A stretch of DNA of 42,346 bases from an archaeon (lineage in GTDB: Archaea; Nanobdellota; Nanobdellia; SCGC-AAA011-G17; GW2011-AR18), in contig JAHFKB010000002.1 in NCBI GenBank assembly GCA_023245565.1, positions 2,534 to 44,879 on the forward strand, written 5' to 3'. The notes beneath the pieces are model-generated. The model did not search any database. It worked only from the letters and a program-made list of their open reading frames with translations, and was not told where the DNA came from. Positions 26,100-34,762 of the stretch are shown here, piece after piece; positions within the stretch are counted from its first letter, which is position 1; every line of letters begins with the position of its first letter. The translations under genes were made by a program, and so were the position numbers.

Positions 26100-26800
26100 T
26101 TTGCCTTTCTCCTATTTGAATACTCTCTTAATACTTTTCCATCTTTTAATTCAATTACTCTTTGAGCATATCTTACTAATGATGGATCATGTGTTACTAT
26201 TACAATGCTTTTATTTTTTTCTTTATTTAAATTTATTAATAATTTCATTACATTTTCTCCTGTTTTTGAATCTAATGCTCCTGTTGGCTCATCTGCTAAA
26301 ATAACATCTGGATCATTTATTAAAGACCTTGCTATTGCAACTCTTTGCATTTGCCCACCAGATAATTGTGTGGGTTTATGATTAATTCTGTCTCCCATAT
26401 CTACAAAGTCTAATAATTGTTTAGCTCTTTTATGCAGTTTAATTGTATTTCCATTTTGAAATTCTCCTGGTATAGCAACATTTTCAAGAGCTGTTAATGT
26501 TGGAATTAAATTAAATTGCTGAAATATAAATCCTATTTTTCTACCTCTTATTTGTGCTAATTTAGATTCTGAAAGTTTTTTTACATCTTTTGATTCTAGA
26601 AATACTTGCCCTTTTGAAGGGACATCTAGGCATCCTACTAAATTCATAATTGTAGATTTACCAGAACCTGATTTACCTGTTATTGCTAGAATTTCTCCTT
26701 TTTTAACTTCTAAAGATATTCCTTGTAGTGCATTTAATTTAATTTTACCCATGTGATAAGTTTTCCAGACATCATTTAATTTTATAATTGGTTTGTTCAT
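26096..26800 (-). CDS. ABC transporter ATP-binding protein (MacB/LolD-like)
   Basis: Walker A GKSGSGKST, signature LSGGQMQR, Walker B ILADEPT and H-loop VTHD. Confidence 0.9.
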   Translation of the reverse strand: MNKPIIKLNDVWKTYHMGKIKLNALQGISLEVKKGEILAITGKSGSGKSTIMNLVGCLDVPSKGQVFLESKDVKKLSESKLAQIRGRKIGFIFQQFNLIPTLTALENVAIPGEFQNGNTIKLHKRAKQLLDFVDMGDRINHKPTQLSGGQMQRVAIARSLINDPDVILADEPTGALDSKTGENVMKLLINLNKEKNKSIVIVTHDPSLVRYAQRVIELKDGKVLREYSNRRKAK

Positions 26801-26921
26801 ATTAAATTTACTTTAAGAAAATTTATAAAACTTCGTAAACTAAGATCATAATGCATGAGATTATTAAATATATATTTAGGCATATAAATGGTTTTAAAAT
26901 AAATATTAGTTAAAATTTATA

Positions 26922-27908
26922 ATGACTAAATTAGAGGAGAGAATAAAGAGTTTATTAGAAAAATATGATCTAAAAACTATAAAGCAATTATCTCCAAGAC
27001 AAAATTCTGTTTTAATTAGTACTCCTCAACAAATATTATTTCATGATTCATCACTTGTTGCTCCAATATTGGAAGATAAAGCAGCAGTTAGTCTTGGTTG
27101 TTTTTATGAATACTTAACTGCTGGAATACATGGCGGTAAACCTTGTAAGCCAATTCATTTTAGACTTAATACTGAGTTATTATTAATTGATGGTTATGCA
27201 AAAACTCTTCAATTATTACCTTCTGAAGGTTTAGGTATAGATGAAGATGATGAAGAAATTGTTACTAGATTTAAAGCTAAACCAGATATTTATGATGAAC
27301 TTACAGGAACTTATTATGAATCTAAAGGTTTAGTTCTTAGTAATGATTGTAATCTCACTTCTGAACAAATTAGAACATATAAGGCTCTACAAACTATTAA
27401 TCAAAAGGAAAAAATAAATTTTGTTATACATAGGCATTCTTTACCAGGTATTAAAAGCAAATGGAGAGGAACATTATCAGATTTAGTTAAAAGTTTATCT
27501 GATAAAACTGTTTACTCTATTGTTTTTCCATTTAGTATTGCATTAGCACTTTATGGTCATGATAATGTAAATTCTGAACTTGTTGAAAGTTTTTATATTC
27601 CTGGAGATAGACATGGTCCTGCTAGATATGCTGCTGTTAAAGACAAAGTAATGGATAGATTATTTTTAGAACCTGATAAAGTTATAGAAGAATTAAATTT
27701 AAATCCTAAGAATTATAGTTATGAAGTCTTTAGATCTCCTGAAAAATATCAAATTATTTTAGATTTATTTCCACCTGGTGAGCCAGTAATACATGAAATG
27801 AATAGTTATCCAATAATGATTATAAAACAGAAGAACCATGATAAATGGGTTAGAAAATTTGTTAGGGACTATTTAAAAGAATTAGGTGTTAATGATATTC
27901 CATTCTAA
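26922..27908 (+). CDS. Uncharacterised PD-(D/E)xK nuclease-like protein, paralog 2
   Basis: E63 (FYEYLTAG), D122 (KPDIYD), E133-x-K135 (YYESKG), Q149-xxx-Y153 (QIRTY). Acidic insert GIDEDDEEIV. C-terminus ...RDYLKELGVNDIPF. Confidence 0.6.
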   Translation: MTKLEERIKSLLEKYDLKTIKQLSPRQNSVLISTPQQILFHDSSLVAPILEDKAAVSLGCFYEYLTAGIHGGKPCKPIHFRLNTELLLIDGYAKTLQLLPSEGLGIDEDDEEIVTRFKAKPDIYDELTGTYYESKGLVLSNDCNLTSEQIRTYKALQTINQKEKINFVIHRHSLPGIKSKWRGTLSDLVKSLSDKTVYSIVFPFSIALALYGHDNVNSELVESFYIPGDRHGPARYAAVKDKVMDRLFLEPDKVIEELNLNPKNYSYEVFRSPEKYQIILDLFPPGEPVIHEMNSYPIMIIKQKNHDKWVRKFVRDYLKELGVNDIPF

Positions 27909-27961
27909 ATTATACTTATTAAAACACATATTCTTTTAAAATTTGTCTTTATACTTATTTT

Positions 27962-28816
27962 ATGGTTAATAATTCAGCTGTAAGACAAAAGTATCTAAGA
28001 ACTGTGGTTTCTAATCTGAGATTTAGTGGCATGAAAACTTTTTCCCCAGTTAATAAAAGTATTCGTGTAAAAATAGAAGAATTTGGAGATTCTAAATTTA
28101 AGAGATCAGCTGTTCTTTCTAAATTTTATGAATATTTAACTGCAGGACTTTATGGTGGAGAACGTGGCCATAATTTAGTTTTAGAAGGAGAAGATGAAGA
28201 AGATGGTAGGCCTGTAAGAATTGATGTTTATGATAAAGATAATAATATTGCTTATGAATGTAAAGCTATTAGATCTGGACGTCATGCTAATTTAGTAGAT
28301 TATCAAATAAATTCTTATAAAGAATTACAGATTAGATATAGGGATTTAAATTTATTATTTGTATTTTATAGACATGGAATTAGAAATATACAATCTACTT
28401 GGAAAGGAAGTCATGAAGATTTAATTTATCAATTACGTTCTAGAGAACAATATTCTTTAATGTTGCCTTTAAGTTTAATTCTTGCTTTACATAATAATAA
28501 CAATAAACTTACATATAGGTGTGCTGGAAATTTAGATATGAGAAGCTCTACATTAGTTAAAACATCTACATTTTCTTACATTGCTAGTGATCCTAAGAAT
28601 TTCATTAGAGATTTAGATTTGGATCCAAGTAATTATTTAGTAAATAAATATATTTTACCTTCATCTATTAGGATTGTTGGAATGAAAGATGATCATAAAG
28701 TTAGTGAAGGAAGAGTTAGACCTTTTCCTATAATTAAAATTTCAGAGAAAAAACAATATCATGGTGTTTTTGTGAAAAAATTACTTAGAGATTATTTAAG
28801 AAATGTTCCTTTTTAG
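27962..28816 (+). CDS. Uncharacterised PD-(D/E)xK nuclease-like protein, paralog 3
   Basis: E57 (FYEYLTAG), D88 (RIDVYD), E99-x-K101 (YECKA), Q115-xxx-Y119 (QINSY). Acidic insert EGEDEEDG. C-terminus ...RDYLRNVPF. Confidence 0.6.
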   Translation: MVNNSAVRQKYLRTVVSNLRFSGMKTFSPVNKSIRVKIEEFGDSKFKRSAVLSKFYEYLTAGLYGGERGHNLVLEGEDEEDGRPVRIDVYDKDNNIAYECKAIRSGRHANLVDYQINSYKELQIRYRDLNLLFVFYRHGIRNIQSTWKGSHEDLIYQLRSREQYSLMLPLSLILALHNNNNKLTYRCAGNLDMRSSTLVKTSTFSYIASDPKNFIRDLDLDPSNYLVNKYILPSSIRIVGMKDDHKVSEGRVRPFPIIKISEKKQYHGVFVKKLLRDYLRNVPF

Positions 28817-28881
28817 AATTTATGTAAAATTTTCGGAAATTTCTGGTTAATTAATTTAAATCTTTAAATAAATTATTTAAT

Positions 28882-29178
28882 ATGTTTGAAATTAAAGATA
28901 AAACTGGAAGAACAATAAGATTAACTAAAGAAAGATGGAAGCATATAGTTAATTCACATCCAATAATATCTAATAATATTGAAGAAATAAAGAAAACATT
29001 GCAAGGTCCTTTGTTAATTACTAAAGATGAATATGATAAACAAGTCTACTTTTATTATAAGTTTTATAAAAATTTTAAAGATAAGAAAACTTTCTTAATT
29101 ATTGTAGTAAAATATTTAAATGGGAGTGGCTTTATTATAACTAGCTTTTATACTGATAAAATAGTTGGAATGAAATGA
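28882..29178 (+). CDS. Small toxin-like protein (DUF4258 / barnase-RelE-like nuclease type, tentative)
   Basis: 98 aa. IRLTKERWKHIVNSHP N-terminal block and LIIVVKYLNGSGFIITSFYTDK C-terminal block, as in small toxins paired with DUF2283. ATGA overlap with the next gene. Confidence 0.4.
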   Translation: MFEIKDKTGRTIRLTKERWKHIVNSHPIISNNIEEIKKTLQGPLLITKDEYDKQVYFYYKFYKNFKDKKTFLIIVVKYLNGSGFIITSFYTDKIVGMK

Positions 29179-29399
29179 AAGACAAAATATCGATTTATTA
29201 TGATAAAGAAGGAGATGTTTTAGAAATAGATATAGGCAAACCTACAAAAGGATATTGTAAAGGTCTAGGCGATGATATTTTTGAAAAAATAGATGAAAAA
29301 ACAGGAAATACAAAAGGATACACTATTCTTGGTTTTAAAAAAAGAACAGAAAAATCTCTTAATATTTCTTTACCGATAAATTTAGAATTAGAAGCTTGA
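29175..29399 (+). CDS. DUF2283-family protein (antitoxin-like partner)
   Basis: ISIYYDKEGDVLEIDIGK ... GNTKGYTILGF follows the DUF2283 pattern (YD-x-E-x-D-x-L-x-I ... G-x-I-x-G-I/F). Confidence 0.6.
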   Translation: MKDKISIYYDKEGDVLEIDIGKPTKGYCKGLGDDIFEKIDEKTGNTKGYTILGFKKRTEKSLNISLPINLELEA

Positions 29400-29414
29400 A
29401 ATAAAGATAAATAG

Positions 29415-29603
29415 AATTTAGAAACAGATACTATATATTTATTTAAAAAAATTAAGATCTATTTAACTAAACAAATAGGTGATAATACTATAATTGATAT
29501 AGATAAATCAGATCAATTAATAGGCATTGGACTATTATTTATTAAAGAAAGAAAACCTGATTTTATAAATGAACTTAAATCTTTGAAACTTCTATCTGTT
29601 TAA
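29415..29603 (+). pseudogene. Second, start-less DUF2283-like reading frame in the same frame as the preceding gene
   Basis: NLETDTIYLFKK...GDNTIIDIDKSDQLIGIGLLFIKERK... is open from the TAG at 29412-29414 to the TAA at 29601-29603 with no ATG/GTG/TTG. Same frame as 29175..29399, separated from it by two stops. Confidence 0.35.
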
Positions 29604-29645
29604 TCAATTAATAAACTTTAAAAATGAACTAATTCTTGATTAATT

Positions 29646-31025
29646 ATGGAACCTATTATTGGTATTGAATGCCATGTCTCATTAAATACTAAAACAAAAT
29701 TATTTTGTTCTTGTTCTTTAACAGGAAATGAAGAACCTAATTCAAGATGCTGTGATGTTTGTATTGGTGCTCCTGGATCTAAACCTGTATTAAATAAAAA
29801 AGCCATGGAGTATGCTTTAAAATTATGTTTGGCTTTAAATTGTAAAATTGCTGATGAAGTTGTATTTTCAAGAAAAACTTATTTTTATCCAGATATGGGA
29901 AAGAATTATCAGATAACCCAATATGAAATTCCTATTGGAAGTGATGGATACTTAGAAGTTTTTGGAAAGAAAATTAAAATTAAAAGAATACAAATTGAAG
30001 AAGATCCTGCTGCATTAATTCATCAAGGTAATACTGTTTTAGTAGATTATAATAGATCTGGAACTCCTTTATGTGAAATAGTTACAGAACCTGATATGAA
30101 TAGTCCTGAAGAAGCAAGAGAATTTCTTAAAAGATTATTAACTATTTTAAATTATATAAAAATTTTTGATATAAAAAATTGCATTGTAAAAGCTGATGCA
30201 AATGTAAGTATTAAAGGATATGAAAGAGTTGAGATAAAAAATATTAATGGATTTAAAGATATAGAAAGAGCAATAAGCTATGAAATTGAAAGACATAAAA
30301 GTTTAATTAAAGAAGGAAATGGTGTTAAAGATAAAGAAACTAGAGGATGGGATTCTGATAAAGGTATAACTGAATTTCAAAGAAGCAAAGAAAGTGAAGC
30401 TGATTATGGATATATTGTAGATCCTGATTTAGTTCCTATTGATATAAGCAAAGAATTAGTTGAGAAAACTAGAAAAGAATTACCTGAATTGCCACAAGAA
30501 AAATCATTAAGATATCAGAAAGAATATAAAATTAAAAAAGATGATGCTGAAGTCTTAGCTAATGATTATGAATTAACTGGATTACTAGAAAATGCTATTA
30601 AGAAAAAAATAGATCCTTTATTTGCTGCTGAATGGATAAGAAGAGAAGTTACTAGGGTCTTAAATTATAATAAAAAAGAATTAGGTGAAATTTTTATTAT
30701 AAAAAATCTATTAGATGTTTTAGAATTAATACAAGAAAATAAAATTACTAGACAAACTGGACAGAGATTAATGGAATTATTAATTGAAAAAGATATTAAT
30801 GTAAAAGAATATGTTAAAAAACAAGGACTTGAGTTAGTTTCTGATAGCAAAGAATTAGAAGATATTTGCAAGAAAATATTAAAAGAAAATACTCAAGCTG
30901 TGAAAGAATATTTAGAAGGTAATGAAAAATCATTTATGTTCTTAGTTGGACAGTGTATGAGAAGTTCTAAAGGAAAAGCTGATCCTAAAACTATTAATGA
31001 ATTGTTAAAGAAATTAATAAAATAA
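29646..31025 (+). CDS. gatB: Asp/Glu-tRNA(Asn/Gln) amidotransferase subunit B
   Basis: IGIECHVSLNTKTKLFCSCS N-terminus, RIQIEEDPAAL block and C-terminal YqeY-like tail. 459 aa (GatB size, not GatE). Confidence 0.85.
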   Translation: MEPIIGIECHVSLNTKTKLFCSCSLTGNEEPNSRCCDVCIGAPGSKPVLNKKAMEYALKLCLALNCKIADEVVFSRKTYFYPDMGKNYQITQYEIPIGSDGYLEVFGKKIKIKRIQIEEDPAALIHQGNTVLVDYNRSGTPLCEIVTEPDMNSPEEAREFLKRLLTILNYIKIFDIKNCIVKADANVSIKGYERVEIKNINGFKDIERAISYEIERHKSLIKEGNGVKDKETRGWDSDKGITEFQRSKESEADYGYIVDPDLVPIDISKELVEKTRKELPELPQEKSLRYQKEYKIKKDDAEVLANDYELTGLLENAIKKKIDPLFAAEWIRREVTRVLNYNKKELGEIFIIKNLLDVLELIQENKITRQTGQRLMELLIEKDINVKEYVKKQGLELVSDSKELEDICKKILKENTQAVKEYLEGNEKSFMFLVGQCMRSSKGKADPKTINELLKKLIK

Positions 31026-31055
31026 TGTTATAAACTTTTCTCTTTTTATTCTTCT

Positions 31056-32201
31056 ATGGAAAATAAAATTGCCTTAGCTTTATTAACAGCTTATCTAGGA
31101 TTAAGTAGTGGATGTGATTTAATAAAAGAATTTACAGGTGAAAAACCAATAATTGAAAAATCTAAAACAAATGCACCACAACAATTACCTGTTGAAAAAG
31201 CTGCAAAACCTAAAGTCGATAATGTAGAAGAAAAACTTAGAAATATTGTTTTAAGTTATGCAAGTGATCCTCAATTTTCTGGATCTGGTTTTCTTAGTAA
31301 AATAACTGGAACAAGTATTAAATTAGAATTATATGATTTAGATAAAGAAAGAATTTACTTATCTGTACCTTCAACTAAATATAATGCAGAAACACTTAAC
31401 AAATTAGCTAAAGATCAAAATCAAGTATCATTTGCTAGAAATTCAGATGGTTCTTATCAAGGAACAAGTTTAAAACTTGAGGGTTTAATTCTTAATAGGC
31501 CTGGAAATTATTTTTTTGCTATGCCTGCAGAAAATTTAAGGATTGATAAAAAAGCAAGATTAAATATTAATTTAGGAGGAATAAATTATAATCCTTCTTT
31601 ACAAGAATTGTCAGATTTACTAAGCAACAAAAAAGTTTATGGTGGGTCTTTATTTTTCAATAGTTCTCCTAAAGTTAGTGCCAATCATGGAGCTTATGTT
31701 GCAAAAAAAGGAGAACCATCTCTAACTCGTTTAATTAGTAAATTAATTGAAAGAAATGATAATATAGGAAGAAGAGCACAAAAATTACTTGATTTTGTTA
31801 CAGGAAATATGAAATATAATTATGGTGAGGCTAATGGTGATGTTGAAGTTTTAAAAAGACCAAATGAAGTATTAATGACTCGTGGTTCTGATTGCAGTGG
31901 ATTAGTTATATTATATGCTTCTTTATTAGAACAAGCAGGAATTGATTACAAAATAATATATTCAAATACTCTTGGACATGTTACTGTTGCTGTTGAGGGA
32001 AATTATGAAAATACAAATGGATTAACTTTTAATTTTGGTAAAAACTATTCTATTGCTGAAACAACAGTTAAAGGTTTTATAATAGGACAAACTTCAGTCA
32101 AACCAACAATTGAATTAAAAGATATAACTTATTTTCAAAAACCAGGAAATAATTCTTTTATATATGATGGTAGAACTGGAAATACTATAGATTTTTTATA
32201 A
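31056..32201 (+). CDS. Lipoprotein with transglutaminase-like cysteine-protease core
   Basis: Lipobox LGLSSGC. RGSDCSGLVILYASLLEQAGIDYKII...LGHVTVAVEG gives a Cys...His arrangement like the transglutaminase-like superfamily. Confidence 0.55.
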   Translation: MENKIALALLTAYLGLSSGCDLIKEFTGEKPIIEKSKTNAPQQLPVEKAAKPKVDNVEEKLRNIVLSYASDPQFSGSGFLSKITGTSIKLELYDLDKERIYLSVPSTKYNAETLNKLAKDQNQVSFARNSDGSYQGTSLKLEGLILNRPGNYFFAMPAENLRIDKKARLNINLGGINYNPSLQELSDLLSNKKVYGGSLFFNSSPKVSANHGAYVAKKGEPSLTRLISKLIERNDNIGRRAQKLLDFVTGNMKYNYGEANGDVEVLKRPNEVLMTRGSDCSGLVILYASLLEQAGIDYKIIYSNTLGHVTVAVEGNYENTNGLTFNFGKNYSIAETTVKGFIIGQTSVKPTIELKDITYFQKPGNNSFIYDGRTGNTIDFL

Positions 32202-32251
32202 AATAATAATAAAATAAAAAAATTTAAAATAAATTGATTTGATTTATAAAT

Positions 32252-32407
32252 TTATTTTTTTAAAAGTTTTTTGCCTTTAACGAATGCCCATATTCTTTTA
32301 GTCATTTCGCTAGGGGGCATAGGTTTAGAACCAAATACAGATTCCATTGTTTCACTTCTGCCTGCAAAACTAACTGTCATTCCACCGAAAAGTTTTTTTC
32401 CTGCCAT
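32252..32407 (-). CDS. 51-aa protein matching the N-terminal half of a SWIB/MDM2 domain
   Basis: Not in the ORF track (too short). ATG at 32407 preceded by GGAGGT. SETMESVFGSKPMPPSEMTKRIWAFVKGKKL parallels the SWIB consensus (S-x-x-L-x-x-V-x-G-x-x-P-x-P-R-T-E-V-x-K-x-L-W-x-Y-I-K). Locally less AT-rich than its surroundings. Confidence 0.45.
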   Translation of the reverse strand: MAGKKLFGGMTVSFAGRSETMESVFGSKPMPPSEMTKRIWAFVKGKKLLKK

Positions 32408-32560
32408 TTCTACCTCCTTTTTATTTAATTTTTGATACTTTCTTATTCATATATTTATTGGAATTCTAGAATACAAGTTAGATTTGTTTTATTTTTAGTA
32501 TTAACTTTATAGTGGTTATAAAAAGAAAGATTTATAAAACATTTTTAAAGTATAATTTAT

Positions 32561-33127
32561 ATGAATAGAGAAGGATTAAACGGACTTTTGGTAGATGTTT
32601 TGGGATGTTTAAAAAATGCTAGAACTAAATCTAGTTTATTACATTGGACAAAATCTAGTAATTCTATTTTATATTCAATTCATACAGAACACCCACATTT
32701 AGGAAATGCAATTAAATTAAATATTTCACCTGATTTTTCTAGAAAGTTTGATCTTAAGCTTTTAGGTTATTTGGGTAGAGATATTTTAGAAAATTATGTA
32801 AGAAAAATAGGTCCTTCTAATAAAAATTTAGAATTAATATTTCCTTTTCCTTATATAAAATATAGAAATGATAGTTCAGTCTTATTTCAAGAATCTTTAC
32901 TTAATCTTGGATTCTTAAGACTTTTTCATAAAATTTATGATGGTAATAATATTAAACATGGAGAAGTTTTTTCATTATATTTGGGAATAGACTTTAACTA
33001 TGATATTGGAATGAATAAAAAAATAAGTTGCATTACACTAGAAGAAATTAATTCTTTATCTTTAGTATCTTGTACAGATAAAGAATTTACTCCTAGATAT
33101 AGGGATTTAATAAAAACTAAGTTATAA
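32561..33127 (+). CDS. Hypothetical protein
   Basis: 188-aa ORF. No motif recognised. Its 3' end overlaps the convergent permease gene by 11 nt. Confidence 0.4.
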   Translation: MNREGLNGLLVDVLGCLKNARTKSSLLHWTKSSNSILYSIHTEHPHLGNAIKLNISPDFSRKFDLKLLGYLGRDILENYVRKIGPSNKNLELIFPFPYIKYRNDSSVLFQESLLNLGFLRLFHKIYDGNNIKHGEVFSLYLGIDFNYDIGMNKKISCITLEEINSLSLVSCTDKEFTPRYRDLIKTKL

Positions 33128-34223
33128 CGCTAAATATTATACCAATTATTATAATTATAGCTAAAAATATTTTTAAAAACTTACTATCTTTTAATTCATA
33201 TTCTGGTTTTCTATCACCTAATTTTTGTGCTTTTGAATGCATAATTAAAATTGATAATAATAAAATTCCTATTGCTATTGCTCCAATTAGTTCTAGAATT
33301 TTTGTAAAACCAATATAACCAGAAATTAAAATTAAAAAAGGAACTATAATTACAATTAACCAAGATTTTCTATTCTTTACTTTATAATCTAAAATTAAAC
33401 TTTCTTTTAAAGCAAAACCTAAAACTATAAATCCAGTTACCATAGCAAAAACTGCAAATAAATTAGCTAATAATTTAATTCCAGGTCCAAATTGTGATAA
33501 TGAAACTGTTGCAACCTCATTAATTGAATTTAGTGAACCTACTAATGATAATATAAATAAAATATAAATTATAAATGTTATAACCATTCCTGTTATTATA
33601 GAATATAATAAATATTTTTTATTTCTTAATTCTTCACTCATTTCAGGAATAGCACTTATTCCAGTAAATGCAAATATTGAAATTCCATAAGGTATTAAAA
33701 TATTTTTTACATTAAAAACTAATAGATTATTTAGATTAATAAATTTAAACATTAAAATACTTATTATAATTGCAATTATTATTTTTAATGGTGTAAATAT
33801 TGATTCAAATTTTTCTATTATTTTTATATTAAAATAAATTAATATTGATAAAATTATGAATGAGATTATTGATAATATTTTTGGTGAGAAACCTAGTAAT
33901 GCTGTTAATGCTTGTCCTATACCTATTGTGTAAGCTGCTAATGCTCCATAAATACTTAAAGTGTTTATTATGAATATAAAGTGTTTAGATTTAGATCCTA
34001 AATATTTTTCAGCTAATCCTGTTATTTGATGTTTTCCTTTTGTTCTTAATATTATTTCTCCATAATATAATGTTGTTAATAACATAATTAGACCCACTAT
34101 TAGCATTACTATTAATCCTGTTAGAAAACCTGCTTTAGAAATAATGTAAGGCAAACCTAGAATTCCTGCACCCAGTGTTATACCTATTAATGTCCATGTA
34201 GCATTAAAAAACTCTTTTTTCAT
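33117..34223 (-). CDS. Amino-acid permease (Aa_trans / aromatic amino-acid permease-like)
   Basis: About 11 predicted TM helices. N-terminal WTLIGITLGAGILGLPYIISKAGF block typical of this transporter family. Confidence 0.7.
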   Translation of the reverse strand: MKKEFFNATWTLIGITLGAGILGLPYIISKAGFLTGLIVMLIVGLIMLLTTLYYGEIILRTKGKHQITGLAEKYLGSKSKHFIFIINTLSIYGALAAYTIGIGQALTALLGFSPKILSIISFIILSILIYFNIKIIEKFESIFTPLKIIIAIIISILMFKFINLNNLLVFNVKNILIPYGISIFAFTGISAIPEMSEELRNKKYLLYSIITGMVITFIIYILFILSLVGSLNSINEVATVSLSQFGPGIKLLANLFAVFAMVTGFIVLGFALKESLILDYKVKNRKSWLIVIIVPFLILISGYIGFTKILELIGAIAIGILLLSILIMHSKAQKLGDRKPEYELKDSKFLKIFLAIIIIIGIIFSVIT

Positions 34224-34255
34224 TGAATATTTAACTATTTGAATGATATAAATAT

Positions 34256-34762
34256 TTATTGTTTGTATTTATTAATTTTTTCTAAGATCCAATTTATTAG
34301 ATCTTTTGTTATATATAAACTAGAATTTTCATGCAAGTCTTTTATTATCTTAATAGTTTCTTTTTTATCAATTATATTTTCTTTTAAAGATCTAGTAATA
34401 ATAGCTAAGGTCCCGTGGACTTCTATACCACTTAATTTAGCTATTTCTCTTGCATCTAAATCATCTGTAAAAAATAACTTTATATTTTCTTGTTTAGATA
34501 ATGCTATACTTGTTGCTTCACCTAGGTGTATATTATATTGTTCAATTAAATATTTAGATAAGTCTTTAGTTTTTGAATTTAAATTTATTATAAAAATATT
34601 TTTATGTTTTTTAATTTCATTTTTTGTTTCTGAATCATATTCTTCAAAAACTTCATTAGATATAATTATTTTTTCGAAAAGATTTAATAATTTAAGACAA
34701 TTAATTTCTTTAAGATGAATAAATGGTCCAGTATTAAAAACTGCATTTTTTATTTTATCCAT
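34256..34762 (-). CDS. PIN-domain protein (DUF3368/COG2405-like toxin)
   Basis: N-terminal VFNTGPFIHL, LGEATSIALS and FFTDDLDAREIA blocks. Overlaps the upstream RHH gene by 8 nt. Confidence 0.6.
   Translation of the reverse strand: MDKIKNAVFNTGPFIHLKEINCLKLLNLFEKIIISNEVFEEYDSETKNEIKKHKNIFIINLNSKTKDLSKYLIEQYNIHLGEATSIALSKQENIKLFFTDDLDAREIAKLSGIEVHGTLAIITRSLKENIIDKKETIKIIKDLHENSSLYITKDLINWILEKINKYKQ

Noticed and set aside
24172-26304. Plus-strand ORFs 24172..24441, 24851..25036 and 25954..26304
   Set aside because: They are antisense to the FtsX permease, CARDB-like and ABC ATPase genes.
29618-30871. Minus-strand ORFs 29618..29806 and 30665..30871
   Set aside because: They are antisense to gatB.
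34239-34718. 159-aa plus-strand ORF
   Set aside because: It is fully antisense to the PIN-domain gene 34256..34762, which has recognisable motifs and is coupled to an RHH gene. The plus-strand product is Phe/Ile/Ser-rich low-complexity sequence, typical of antisense frames in AT-rich DNA.
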